Shown piece by piece: positions 52,908 through 60,774 of a stretch of DNA of 62,771 bases (the first letter of the stretch is position 1; every line of letters starts with the position of its first letter). Source of the stretch: Pyrinomonadaceae bacterium (GTDB lineage: Bacteria; Acidobacteriota; Blastocatellia; Pyrinomonadales; Pyrinomonadaceae); contig DASRIM010000061.1 in assembly GCA_035649995.1 (NCBI GenBank), positions 1 to 62,771 on the forward strand. Reading direction: 5' to 3'. The notes under the pieces are model-generated. The model did not search any database and was not told where the DNA came from. It saw only the letters and a list, made by a program, of their open reading frames with translations. Made by a program: the position numbers and the translations under genes.

Positions 52908-55688
52908 ATGAAAAGACCTCATCTCGCCGGCTGGATGATCGCGTCGCTGCTGGTCCTGACGTTCGCCACGCACGCGTTCACACAGGAAACGTCGCAAGCG
53001 CTCACGGCGGCCAAGGCAGCGTTCGCGGAAGCTGAACGAGCACGTTCGCAAAGACCTCCGAAGCGAGAGGAAGCGATTCAAAAGTATGAAGAGGCTGTCG
53101 CCTTCTATCGCACCGCCGGAGAACGCGCGATGGAAGCCACGGCTCTAACAAACATCGGCGTGCTCTATAACCAGTTAGCCGACAGATTGAAAGCACTCGA
53201 ATATCTGAACCAGGCGCTCTCGCTTCACAAGCTCGTCGGCAATCAACGAGAAGAAGCCCGCACCCTTACCTACATGGCTTACGCGTCGACTGCTTTACTC
53301 GAGCGACAGCAGGCACTCGAATACTTCAATCAGTCGCTTCGCATAAGCCAGGCGCTCGGTGATGGCGCGCTCGAAGCCGCTACGCTCGTGGATATCAGCG
53401 GGATTTACAGCGCGCTCGGAGAATCGCAGAAGTCGCTTGATTACATGAACCTTGGGTTGATGAAAAGCAGGGCCGCAGGCAATCGCTCACTGGAAGTCCG
53501 CGCCATAACGAATATCGGCAGTCTCCATCGCCAACTCGGAGATGATTCAAGAGCGTTGGAGTATTACAACGAGGCCTTGCCCATCTACCAGGCGCTTGGT
53601 GAGTGGTATGGCGAAGCACTGACACTTACTAACATCGGTTGGTCTTATAGCCACTCGAAAGAGTGGCAGAAAGCGCTGGACCACTACCACCTCGCACTGG
53701 CGATATTCAAAGGCAAGGACGATCGCCGTTGGACCGAAGGAATGGTGCTCACCAGCATCGGTATCGCACACCACGCGTTAGGAAACACGTCCGAGGCGCT
53801 CGCATACCTCAATGAAGCGCTGCCGATACATAAATCCCTTGGGAATCAGGGCTGGGAAGGTCACACGCTCACCGGGCTGGGCCGCGTGTATGACTCATTG
53901 CGCCAGCCGGAGAAGGCCCTCGATTACTTCCAACAAGGCCTGAAGGTCTACCGGACAATGGTGAACCACGGCGCTCAAGCCAACAACCTTTTGGCAATTG
54001 CGCGTATTGAACGCAAACGCGGCAACCTGAGTGAAGCTCAGCAACTTGCCGAGACGGCCCTCGACATTATCGAATCGCTCCGCGCGAGGGTTGTCAGCCA
54101 GGAGTCGCGCGCTGCTTTCTTCGCGTCCAAACGCGAGCTTTACGAGTTCTATGTAGACCTGTTGATGCAACTGGACCAGAAGACGCCCGCGACCGGCCGC
54201 GATGCCGAGGCGTTGCGGGCAAGCGAACGAGCGCACGCTCGCGGTCTGTTGGATACGTTGACGGAATCACGTGTCGATATTCGACAGGGAGTCGACTCGC
54301 ACCTGCTGGAGCGCGAGCGTGCGTTGCAACGGCAGATCAACGACGAAGAACTGCGGCGGACGCGCCTCCAAAGCGGAAAACACACGCAGGAAGATCTCCA
54401 GGCAATCGAGAAACGCGTAAACCGGTTGCTGGAAGACTACAACACAGTTCAATCGGAAATTCGGCTGCGCAGCCCTCGCTACGCTGCACTGACTCAGCCT
54501 GTGCCTTTGACGCTGAAAGAGATTCAACAGCAAGTGCTTGACGACAAGACGATGCTGCTGGAGTACGCGCTCGGGGAAGAGAAGAGCTATCTCTGGGTCG
54601 TCACGCAGTCGGAACTGAAGAGCTTCGTGCTTCCGAAACGTTCGGTGGTCGAAGCAGCGGCGCGGCGTGTTTACGATCTATTGATCGTCAGCAACAGGAC
54701 GCAGGCCAGACGCCCGGCGGAGCTAGCGCTTGCCGAACTGGGCCGGATGATTTTGGGCCCGGCCGCCGCGCTGTTAAATAAAGAGCGGCTCGTGATCGTT
54801 GCGGACGGCGGTTTGGAGTATGTGCCGTTTGCGGCGCTGCCGGTGTTGTCTGCACCCGCTTACGAGCCATTAATCGCACGCCATGAAATCATCAGTCTGC
54901 CTTCAGCGTCAGTCTTGAACGTGCTCCGCCGTGAGATGCCGAATCGTCAACGTGCTCCGGAAGCACTCGCCGTCCTGGCCGATGCGGTTTTCCAAAGCAA
55001 CGATGCGCGCCTCGCACAGCGGCGCGGCAATGCACACTCCCCGGCAGACAGTCCGGTGCTGACGCAACGGGACCTCATACGTTCAGCCGGCGAAGTCGGG
55101 GTTCTCAACTTCGAGAGACTGCCGTTCAGCAGACGCGAAGCTGATGCGATAGTCGCCAAAGCCGGCGGAGTTCGCATTCTCAAGGCGCTGGATTTCACCG
55201 CCAGCCGCGAAACGGTCTTCAAGTCGAAGTTGGACCAGTACCGGATCGTTCACTTCGCCACGCACGGACTACTCAACAGCCAACGTCCAGCCCTCTCCGG
55301 TATCGTGCTTTCGCTCTACGACGAGCAGGGCCGGCCCATCGACGGTTTCCTGCGCGCGCACGAGATCTACAATCTCAAGTTGAACGCCGACCTGGTGGTC
55401 CTATCCGCGTGCCGCACTGCTCTGGGAAGACAAATCAGAGGCGAAGGACTCGTTGGGCTGACGAGAGGTTTCATGTACGCCGGCGCGCCGAGCGTCGTCG
55501 CCAGCCTTTGGGACGTGAGAGACGAAGCTACGTCAGAGTTAATGAGCCGCTTCTACGAGGGAATGTTCAAGGATGGAAAGCGGCCGGCGGCTGCCTTGAG
55601 GGCGGCGCAGACTTCGCTCTGGAAAGAAAAGCGATGGTCTGCGCCGTATTACTGGGCCGGGTTTGTTCTCCAGGGCGAATGGCGGTGA
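52908..55688 (+). CDS. Exported TPR + CHAT (caspase-like) domain protein
   Basis: 926 aa. It starts 11 nt after the anti-sigma stop. The signal peptide is MKRPHLAGWMIASLLVLTFATHAFTQ, and it has a TPR array. The CHAT contexts are IVHFATHG and LVVLSACRTALG. Confidence 0.9.
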   Translation: MKRPHLAGWMIASLLVLTFATHAFTQETSQALTAAKAAFAEAERARSQRPPKREEAIQKYEEAVAFYRTAGERAMEATALTNIGVLYNQLADRLKALEYLNQALSLHKLVGNQREEARTLTYMAYASTALLERQQALEYFNQSLRISQALGDGALEAATLVDISGIYSALGESQKSLDYMNLGLMKSRAAGNRSLEVRAITNIGSLHRQLGDDSRALEYYNEALPIYQALGEWYGEALTLTNIGWSYSHSKEWQKALDHYHLALAIFKGKDDRRWTEGMVLTSIGIAHHALGNTSEALAYLNEALPIHKSLGNQGWEGHTLTGLGRVYDSLRQPEKALDYFQQGLKVYRTMVNHGAQANNLLAIARIERKRGNLSEAQQLAETALDIIESLRARVVSQESRAAFFASKRELYEFYVDLLMQLDQKTPATGRDAEALRASERAHARGLLDTLTESRVDIRQGVDSHLLERERALQRQINDEELRRTRLQSGKHTQEDLQAIEKRVNRLLEDYNTVQSEIRLRSPRYAALTQPVPLTLKEIQQQVLDDKTMLLEYALGEEKSYLWVVTQSELKSFVLPKRSVVEAAARRVYDLLIVSNRTQARRPAELALAELGRMILGPAAALLNKERLVIVADGGLEYVPFAALPVLSAPAYEPLIARHEIISLPSASVLNVLRREMPNRQRAPEALAVLADAVFQSNDARLAQRRGNAHSPADSPVLTQRDLIRSAGEVGVLNFERLPFSRREADAIVAKAGGVRILKALDFTASRETVFKSKLDQYRIVHFATHGLLNSQRPALSGIVLSLYDEQGRPIDGFLRAHEIYNLKLNADLVVLSACRTALGRQIRGEGLVGLTRGFMYAGAPSVVASLWDVRDEATSELMSRFYEGMFKDGKRPAAALRAAQTSLWKEKRWSAPYYWAGFVLQGEWR

Positions 55689-55692
55689 CTTC

Positions 55693-57000
55693 TTATAACG
55701 CGTTCAAGAAGGCGACGAGGTCGGCCCGTTCCTGATCGGTGAAGACGAACCCGAGATGTCTTTCGTAGTGGAGGACTACGTCGGTGAGCGTCGGCGCGAT
55801 GCCGTTGTGGAAGTACGGCGCACGGGCAGCGAGGGCTCGGATGGTCGGCGTCTTGAACCTGCCGAGATCGTTCCAGAGTCCCGTGATGTTGCCGCGGCCG
55901 GCATCGGTTAGCTGGCGAGTCTCGCCGGTGGTCCTGTTGCGGAACGTGTACAAGGGAAGATCCGGAGTGCGTGCCTCAGCGGACGCAACGCGAACGTCGA
56001 ACAAAAGGTTGTTGATGCTCGTGCCGTTGTTCGCGGAGTTGTGACAGCCGTTGCAGCTTCGGCCGTTGGCATTTGTGGCGTTGAATATCGCCTGGCCGCG
56101 CGCGATCTGTGCTCGTCTCTGGTTCGCGTCGTTGACCCATGCGTCGAAGAGATCGAACCGGCCGGCAGTCTTCTGTATGTTCGACAGTTCCTCTGGACCA
56201 CCTTTGGCGCCGTCGGAGTCGAGCCTGCCAACGCCGGGAACGATCAACTGCGCCGTCGAAAGCGATCGTTCGAAATTAACGATGTCGTCGATGACTTCCG
56301 GCGGCGCCGGCAAGCCTTGTTGAGCGCCGGTAATGTTGCGCTGCGCCTGGTTTCGCAGACCGGCGATCAGATCCAGTCCCACGCTGTTGCCGCCGTCCCA
56401 GTTAACCGTCGAGCTGCCCTGGGCGAAATTTATCGTCGGCATCACGCGCCGCCAGTGTACGAGTCGATCGAGGCTGGCGAACCCATGCGGATCTTCGACG
56501 GCGATCAACTCCCACTCAGAATTTGGACGCGGAGTGCCGCCTCTGCGGAAAACGCCACGGCTCAGCAGCATGCTGTACGCGGCGAGTCGCGCGGCCGGCG
56601 TGGAGACGTCCATGTTCGGATTGTTAGCGTCGAGTGTATTGAAGACCGGATGAGTTCCGCCTGTTTGATCGAAGAGATCTTGTAATGTGCCGGGGTTGAT
56701 GCTCCAGGCGTCTTCCGGGATATGACATGAAGCGCAGCTTCGTCCGTTTGAGCCTTGGGGCTGGAAGTATTCACCGGTGAGATCGACGGATCCCTGCGTG
56801 CTGAAGGTCGCTGCTTTTCCGCCGGGGTTTGGGTGCGGAAGGTTATTCGGGAGCTGATCCGGGTTCATTGAACTTACCTGGGCCACCAGGGCTGAACCGG
56901 AATCGAAAACGAGTGCTGAGGCAATACCGAGTAAGGCAATCGCAGCGAGTAGCACCCGTGTCGCGCGAGTTTTGGAAAGAGCAATTCTTCTTTGGGTCAT
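55693..57000 (-). CDS. Di-haem cytochrome c peroxidase family protein
   Basis: It has two CxxCH motifs (CASCH, CNGCH). FKTPTIRALAARAPYFHNGIAPTLTDVVLHY is typical of CCP/MauG. The ATG at 57000 has an AAGGAG SD. Confidence 0.85.
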   Translation of the reverse strand: MTQRRIALSKTRATRVLLAAIALLGIASALVFDSGSALVAQVSSMNPDQLPNNLPHPNPGGKAATFSTQGSVDLTGEYFQPQGSNGRSCASCHIPEDAWSINPGTLQDLFDQTGGTHPVFNTLDANNPNMDVSTPAARLAAYSMLLSRGVFRRGGTPRPNSEWELIAVEDPHGFASLDRLVHWRRVMPTINFAQGSSTVNWDGGNSVGLDLIAGLRNQAQRNITGAQQGLPAPPEVIDDIVNFERSLSTAQLIVPGVGRLDSDGAKGGPEELSNIQKTAGRFDLFDAWVNDANQRRAQIARGQAIFNATNANGRSCNGCHNSANNGTSINNLLFDVRVASAEARTPDLPLYTFRNRTTGETRQLTDAGRGNITGLWNDLGRFKTPTIRALAARAPYFHNGIAPTLTDVVLHYERHLGFVFTDQERADLVAFLNAL

Positions 57001-57093
57001 ACCTAATCTCCTTATTAACAAACATCGGCTAAGAGGAATGACGCATCCGCGCAAACTTTCCTCTCAGCCGATGAATGTTGTTAAGGAGTTAGG

Positions 57094-58572
57094 TTACTTA
57101 CTCTTCAGAGCGGTCTCCGCTTTCAGGACTGTTTCGATCGCGGATTTGACGCTTTCATAGGAGTTGTCGGAAACGCGCTTGCCGTTGATGAAGATCGACG
57201 GCGTGCCGTTGACGCCAAGCTTGCGTCCATCCATCAGATCGCGTTGGACCTTCTCGGCGAGCTTGCCGCTGTCGAGCGACTTGTCGAACTTCGCGCGGTC
57301 CAGGCCGACCTCGGTCGCGTACTGCCGCAGTTTGTCAACGCTGAGCGCTGACTGATTACGGAAGAGCACGGCGGCGTATTCCCAGTACTTACCCTGCTCG
57401 CGCGCGGCCTCGGCTGCTTCCGCGGCCTTGTACGCGTTGGCGTGCTGAGACAGCGGGAAGTCGCGCACAACGAGCCGCACGCGATCGCTATACTCGCTCA
57501 CGATGCGCTCGAGCACTGGATGTTGACGCGCACAGCCCGGGCATTCGAAATCGGTAAACTCTACGATCGTGACGACGGCGTTCGGATTTCCTTTGACAGG
57601 CTGATCGTCTGTCGCGATCGAAAGGACAGGCGCCACAGGCGCAGTCAGATTGATCTCAACCTTCGACGCGCGGCGCAACAGATCGGCATAGGCAACAGTC
57701 GCTTCGCGCTCTCTGCGGTCTTGTAGATAATGAATTATTTGAGCTTTGGTCTGGGCGAAATCACCGCTGATCCTTTCCTTGTTCTGATCATAAAAGGCCT
57801 GCGCATCGGCCTCAGTCACCTTCGCAACTCTCACTCCTACCTCGCTGTCGAGCAGCGCCCGCGTGGTGACGCTTTTCTTCTGCGCTTCGTGCGCGAGCAG
57901 CGTGTCGTTGACCTTTAGTTCGAGATCCTGCTTACGCAGTGCGTAGACCTGCTCCTGCACGCTGAAGATCAACGGGCGCAAACTGTCTTCGATGTTGCCC
58001 GCCGTGATCTGCTTGTCGTTGACCGTCGCCAAGACCTTCGCGCGATCCGCACTGGTGGCCGGTGGCGCGGTTGGCTTGGCGATGACTTTCACCTGCGCGG
58101 CGGCGCGCAGCCGCTCGGCAAGTTTTCGAGCCTCGTCCTGCTGACGCTGATAGCGGAGATACTCGATGATGTTGTTTTTCTCAGCCGCGAACTCGGCTTT
58201 GATCTGGGCCTTGTTCTGTTCGTAGAAGGCCTGCGCCTCCGCGTCGGTCGGCTGTTGGACCTTGGCGATGACCTCGTCCTTGATGACTTGCGAAGGCGAA
58301 ACGCCGCGCTTCTTCGCTTCGGCTTCGAGCAGGATCGAATCGATCTGTAGATCGAGCTCGCGTGCGCGTGCATCGACGACTTGCTGTTGCAACGCTTTCA
58401 CGCGCGCCTGCGTTTCGGGACTCAGATCCTGTTTCGTGATTTTGACTCCGTTTACCGTGCCGAGTATTTCCGGTAGCGGCTTATCCTCGCACCCGCAGTC
58501 CTGTGCCGACACAGGAAAGGTAGTAACGAACATGAGCAGAAGGGCGAATAAAGTAAGTTTCATAAGTTCCAT
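57094..58572 (-). CDS. Exported DsbA-family thiol:disulfide oxidoreductase with duplicated SurA_N-like chaperone region
   Basis: The Trx motif is FTDFECPGCARQHP. There are two similar N-terminal segments (GTVNGVKITKQDL... and ATVNDKQITAGNIE...), each ending in a QAFY(E/D)QNK context. A signal peptide is present. Confidence 0.82.
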   Translation of the reverse strand: MELMKLTLFALLLMFVTTFPVSAQDCGCEDKPLPEILGTVNGVKITKQDLSPETQARVKALQQQVVDARARELDLQIDSILLEAEAKKRGVSPSQVIKDEVIAKVQQPTDAEAQAFYEQNKAQIKAEFAAEKNNIIEYLRYQRQQDEARKLAERLRAAAQVKVIAKPTAPPATSADRAKVLATVNDKQITAGNIEDSLRPLIFSVQEQVYALRKQDLELKVNDTLLAHEAQKKSVTTRALLDSEVGVRVAKVTEADAQAFYDQNKERISGDFAQTKAQIIHYLQDRREREATVAYADLLRRASKVEINLTAPVAPVLSIATDDQPVKGNPNAVVTIVEFTDFECPGCARQHPVLERIVSEYSDRVRLVVRDFPLSQHANAYKAAEAAEAAREQGKYWEYAAVLFRNQSALSVDKLRQYATEVGLDRAKFDKSLDSGKLAEKVQRDLMDGRKLGVNGTPSIFINGKRVSDNSYESVKSAIETVLKAETALKSK

Positions 58573-58586
58573 TTCATCTGTTGAGA

Positions 58587-60167
58587 TTAGTTGTTGTTGA
58601 CCCAGCCGCTGGAGACGAACTCCCTTTTTGCCGGATCGATCGAGAGGACGTAAGCGCCCATCGCGCCTACGCGACGGTTTGGGCCAAAAGTAATGCTCGG
58701 CGTCACTCCGGTGTCGTACTCGTAGAGTCCTTCAAGCGCCGTGACGAGCTTTTCGCGGCTCAGATCTCGTCCGGCGCGCTTTAACCCTTCGGTGAAGATC
58801 TTCGCGGCCGCGAATGCGTTCAACTGTGACGCGATATGTCCCGGGGGAAACCTGTACTTCTCCTGGAGCGCGCGCAGTTCGGCCAATCCCGCCGGTGTCA
58901 CATCGTTCGGGACTGTCGGGAAGGCCAGGAAAACATGGTCCTTGAAACTCAACGGCACCGTGTTGACCAGGCCTCTGCTCGTAAACGCGCCGAGAAGAAA
59001 AACGTGCGGCGTCCAACTCGCGGCTGCTGCTGCGTTGATGAACGCTGCTTCCTCACCGCTCGCGCCGAGAAAGAACACAGCTTCAGCGCCTTCAGCCTTC
59101 AGAGCACCAGCGATCGCGGTCGCGTCAAAGCGTTCGCTCGAGAACGCCTTCTTTGTGACAGAGGTCCAGCCGTTTTTTCGCGCCTGATCCTCTATCGCCG
59201 CGACGGCCGCAAGCGCCAGTTCCTTGTCCGAGTGGACGATTGCGAGCCGCGACTTTTTCAACTCGGGTTTGTTGGCCGCGAAGTTCAGCAGCGCGCGCGC
59301 CTGCTGGCTCGTGCCAGGCAACAGGTAAAAGAGCGTGCGATATTCCTGAGCACTGGTTTGCGGTAGCAATGTGACCGGACCCATGAAAGGTATTTCGGCC
59401 GACTGCGTCACGGCGGCCAGCTCTTTTTCAGCGCCGGCAGTGAGACCGCTGACGATGGCGAACATCTCGCCATTCTCGATCTGCGTTTTGACGTTAGCTG
59501 CCGTCGCGGCTGCGTCGGCGCCGGCGTCGATGGGTTTCAACTCGATACGTCGATTGTAGATTCCGCCTTTGTCGTTGACGTTTGCGAAGTACGCGGTCAG
59601 CACGTCCTTCATTGCCGTGCCGATCTCCGCAAGCGGACCGGTCTTCGGCAGGATCGTGCCGATCGTGATGGTCTCTTCCGTAAGTCCCGGATCGCGGTCG
59701 GTCTCAATCCGTTTCAGGTACGCGACGAGGTCGGCCAGGTCCTCAGGCGAGATCTGATAGCGCGGCATCGCCACCGCCAATTGGTTTCCGGAGGGATCCG
59801 TGCCGTGGACGAGTGATAGAGCAAACAGCTTTTCATCAAACGGTCCATGCTTGCGGCCGTTCGGATGAGTGTGGCCGTAGGGCTTGAGCATGTTGGCCCA
59901 CTGCAAGTTTCCTGCGGTCACGCCGCCTTCTGTCTTGCCTTCGCCGCGAAGACCGTGACAGCCGGCGCATGTCACCGTCGAGGCGGGCACGTCAAGATCG
60001 CCGATCATCGCTTTGATCTCTTTTCCTGACGCGCTTTCGCCCCGCAGGTAGATCGCCTTTCCGCGCCGCTCGCCGGCCGTCAAGCCGCGATTGGCAAGTT
60101 GAGCGTAGGCTGCGACGCCGCTCAACAGAAGGAAAGCACTGAATAAAACCAGGATGCGGATGTTCAT
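58587..60167 (-). CDS. Fusion of a c-type cytochrome domain and a periplasmic (LivK-like, type I) solute-binding domain
   Basis: It has a signal peptide and a CAGCH haem site with AMPRYQ. This is followed by ITIGTILPKTGPLAEIGTAMKD...YNRRIELKPID, which is PBP-like. The start overlaps the SCO stop (ATGA). Confidence 0.78.
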   Translation of the reverse strand: MNIRILVLFSAFLLLSGVAAYAQLANRGLTAGERRGKAIYLRGESASGKEIKAMIGDLDVPASTVTCAGCHGLRGEGKTEGGVTAGNLQWANMLKPYGHTHPNGRKHGPFDEKLFALSLVHGTDPSGNQLAVAMPRYQISPEDLADLVAYLKRIETDRDPGLTEETITIGTILPKTGPLAEIGTAMKDVLTAYFANVNDKGGIYNRRIELKPIDAGADAAATAANVKTQIENGEMFAIVSGLTAGAEKELAAVTQSAEIPFMGPVTLLPQTSAQEYRTLFYLLPGTSQQARALLNFAANKPELKKSRLAIVHSDKELALAAVAAIEDQARKNGWTSVTKKAFSSERFDATAIAGALKAEGAEAVFFLGASGEEAAFINAAAAASWTPHVFLLGAFTSRGLVNTVPLSFKDHVFLAFPTVPNDVTPAGLAELRALQEKYRFPPGHIASQLNAFAAAKIFTEGLKRAGRDLSREKLVTALEGLYEYDTGVTPSITFGPNRRVGAMGAYVLSIDPAKREFVSSGWVNNN

Positions 60168-60772
60168 TTCGTTTTCGTCGCTTCGCCTTTGTCGTTAACG
60201 ACGCTTTCGACGATCTGCAACAGTTCGGCCACGTTCGCCATTCCGAACGCCTTCTTCCACAATCCGGTCGGTTCGTTGCCGATGATGAAGATGGTCTTGT
60301 GATCGTCTTTGTTCTCGACGTACTGGCCCAACTTGTAGAGCGCCCAATCAAGGTTCTCTTTCTTTCCGGTCAGAAACATCCAGCCTGGGCCGGCGTGAAA
60401 CTTCTTCGCGTACTCCTTCAGCCGCGCAGGCGTGTCGACCGTTGGATCGACCGTGAGCGATACGAAGAAGACGTCTTTGCCGACGCGGTCGCCGAGAGCT
60501 TCCTGGATCTTTTCCATGTTGCGGTTCATCGGCGGGCACACCGACGTGCACGTGGTGAAGAAAGCGTTGACGACGACGGTCTTGCCTTTGAGCACGTCCG
60601 AGTAAAAGCGGACTTTCTTTCCGTCCTGATCAACCAGCTCGACGTCGGTGAAGTACTTCGCCGCGGCACCTGGTTCGGTTGTAGTTGTGCCATGGTTCGT
60701 GTGTTGGTGTTGCGCACTTGCAGGTGCAGTGAACAAAAGAAACACGGATAAAAACATTAATAATTTCGACAT
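60164..60772 (-). CDS. SCO1/SenC family copper chaperone / thiol-disulfide protein
   Basis: The ATG at 60772 gives MSKLLMFLSVFLLFTAPASA. The motifs FFTTCTSVCPPM (CxxxCP) and SLTVDPTVDTPARLKEY are present. Confidence 0.88.
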   Translation of the reverse strand: MSKLLMFLSVFLLFTAPASAQHQHTNHGTTTTEPGAAAKYFTDVELVDQDGKKVRFYSDVLKGKTVVVNAFFTTCTSVCPPMNRNMEKIQEALGDRVGKDVFFVSLTVDPTVDTPARLKEYAKKFHAGPGWMFLTGKKENLDWALYKLGQYVENKDDHKTIFIIGNEPTGLWKKAFGMANVAELLQIVESVVNDKGEATKTK

Positions 60773-60774
60773 AG

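Noticed and set aside
60741-60753. AACACGGATAAAA, matching part of the T6SS spacer core (GGGAACACGGATAAA)
   Set aside because: It lies inside the SCO coding region (signal peptide MFLSVFLLF on the opposite strand) and in the opposite orientation relative to its gene. A 12-13-nt match is most simply coincidence.
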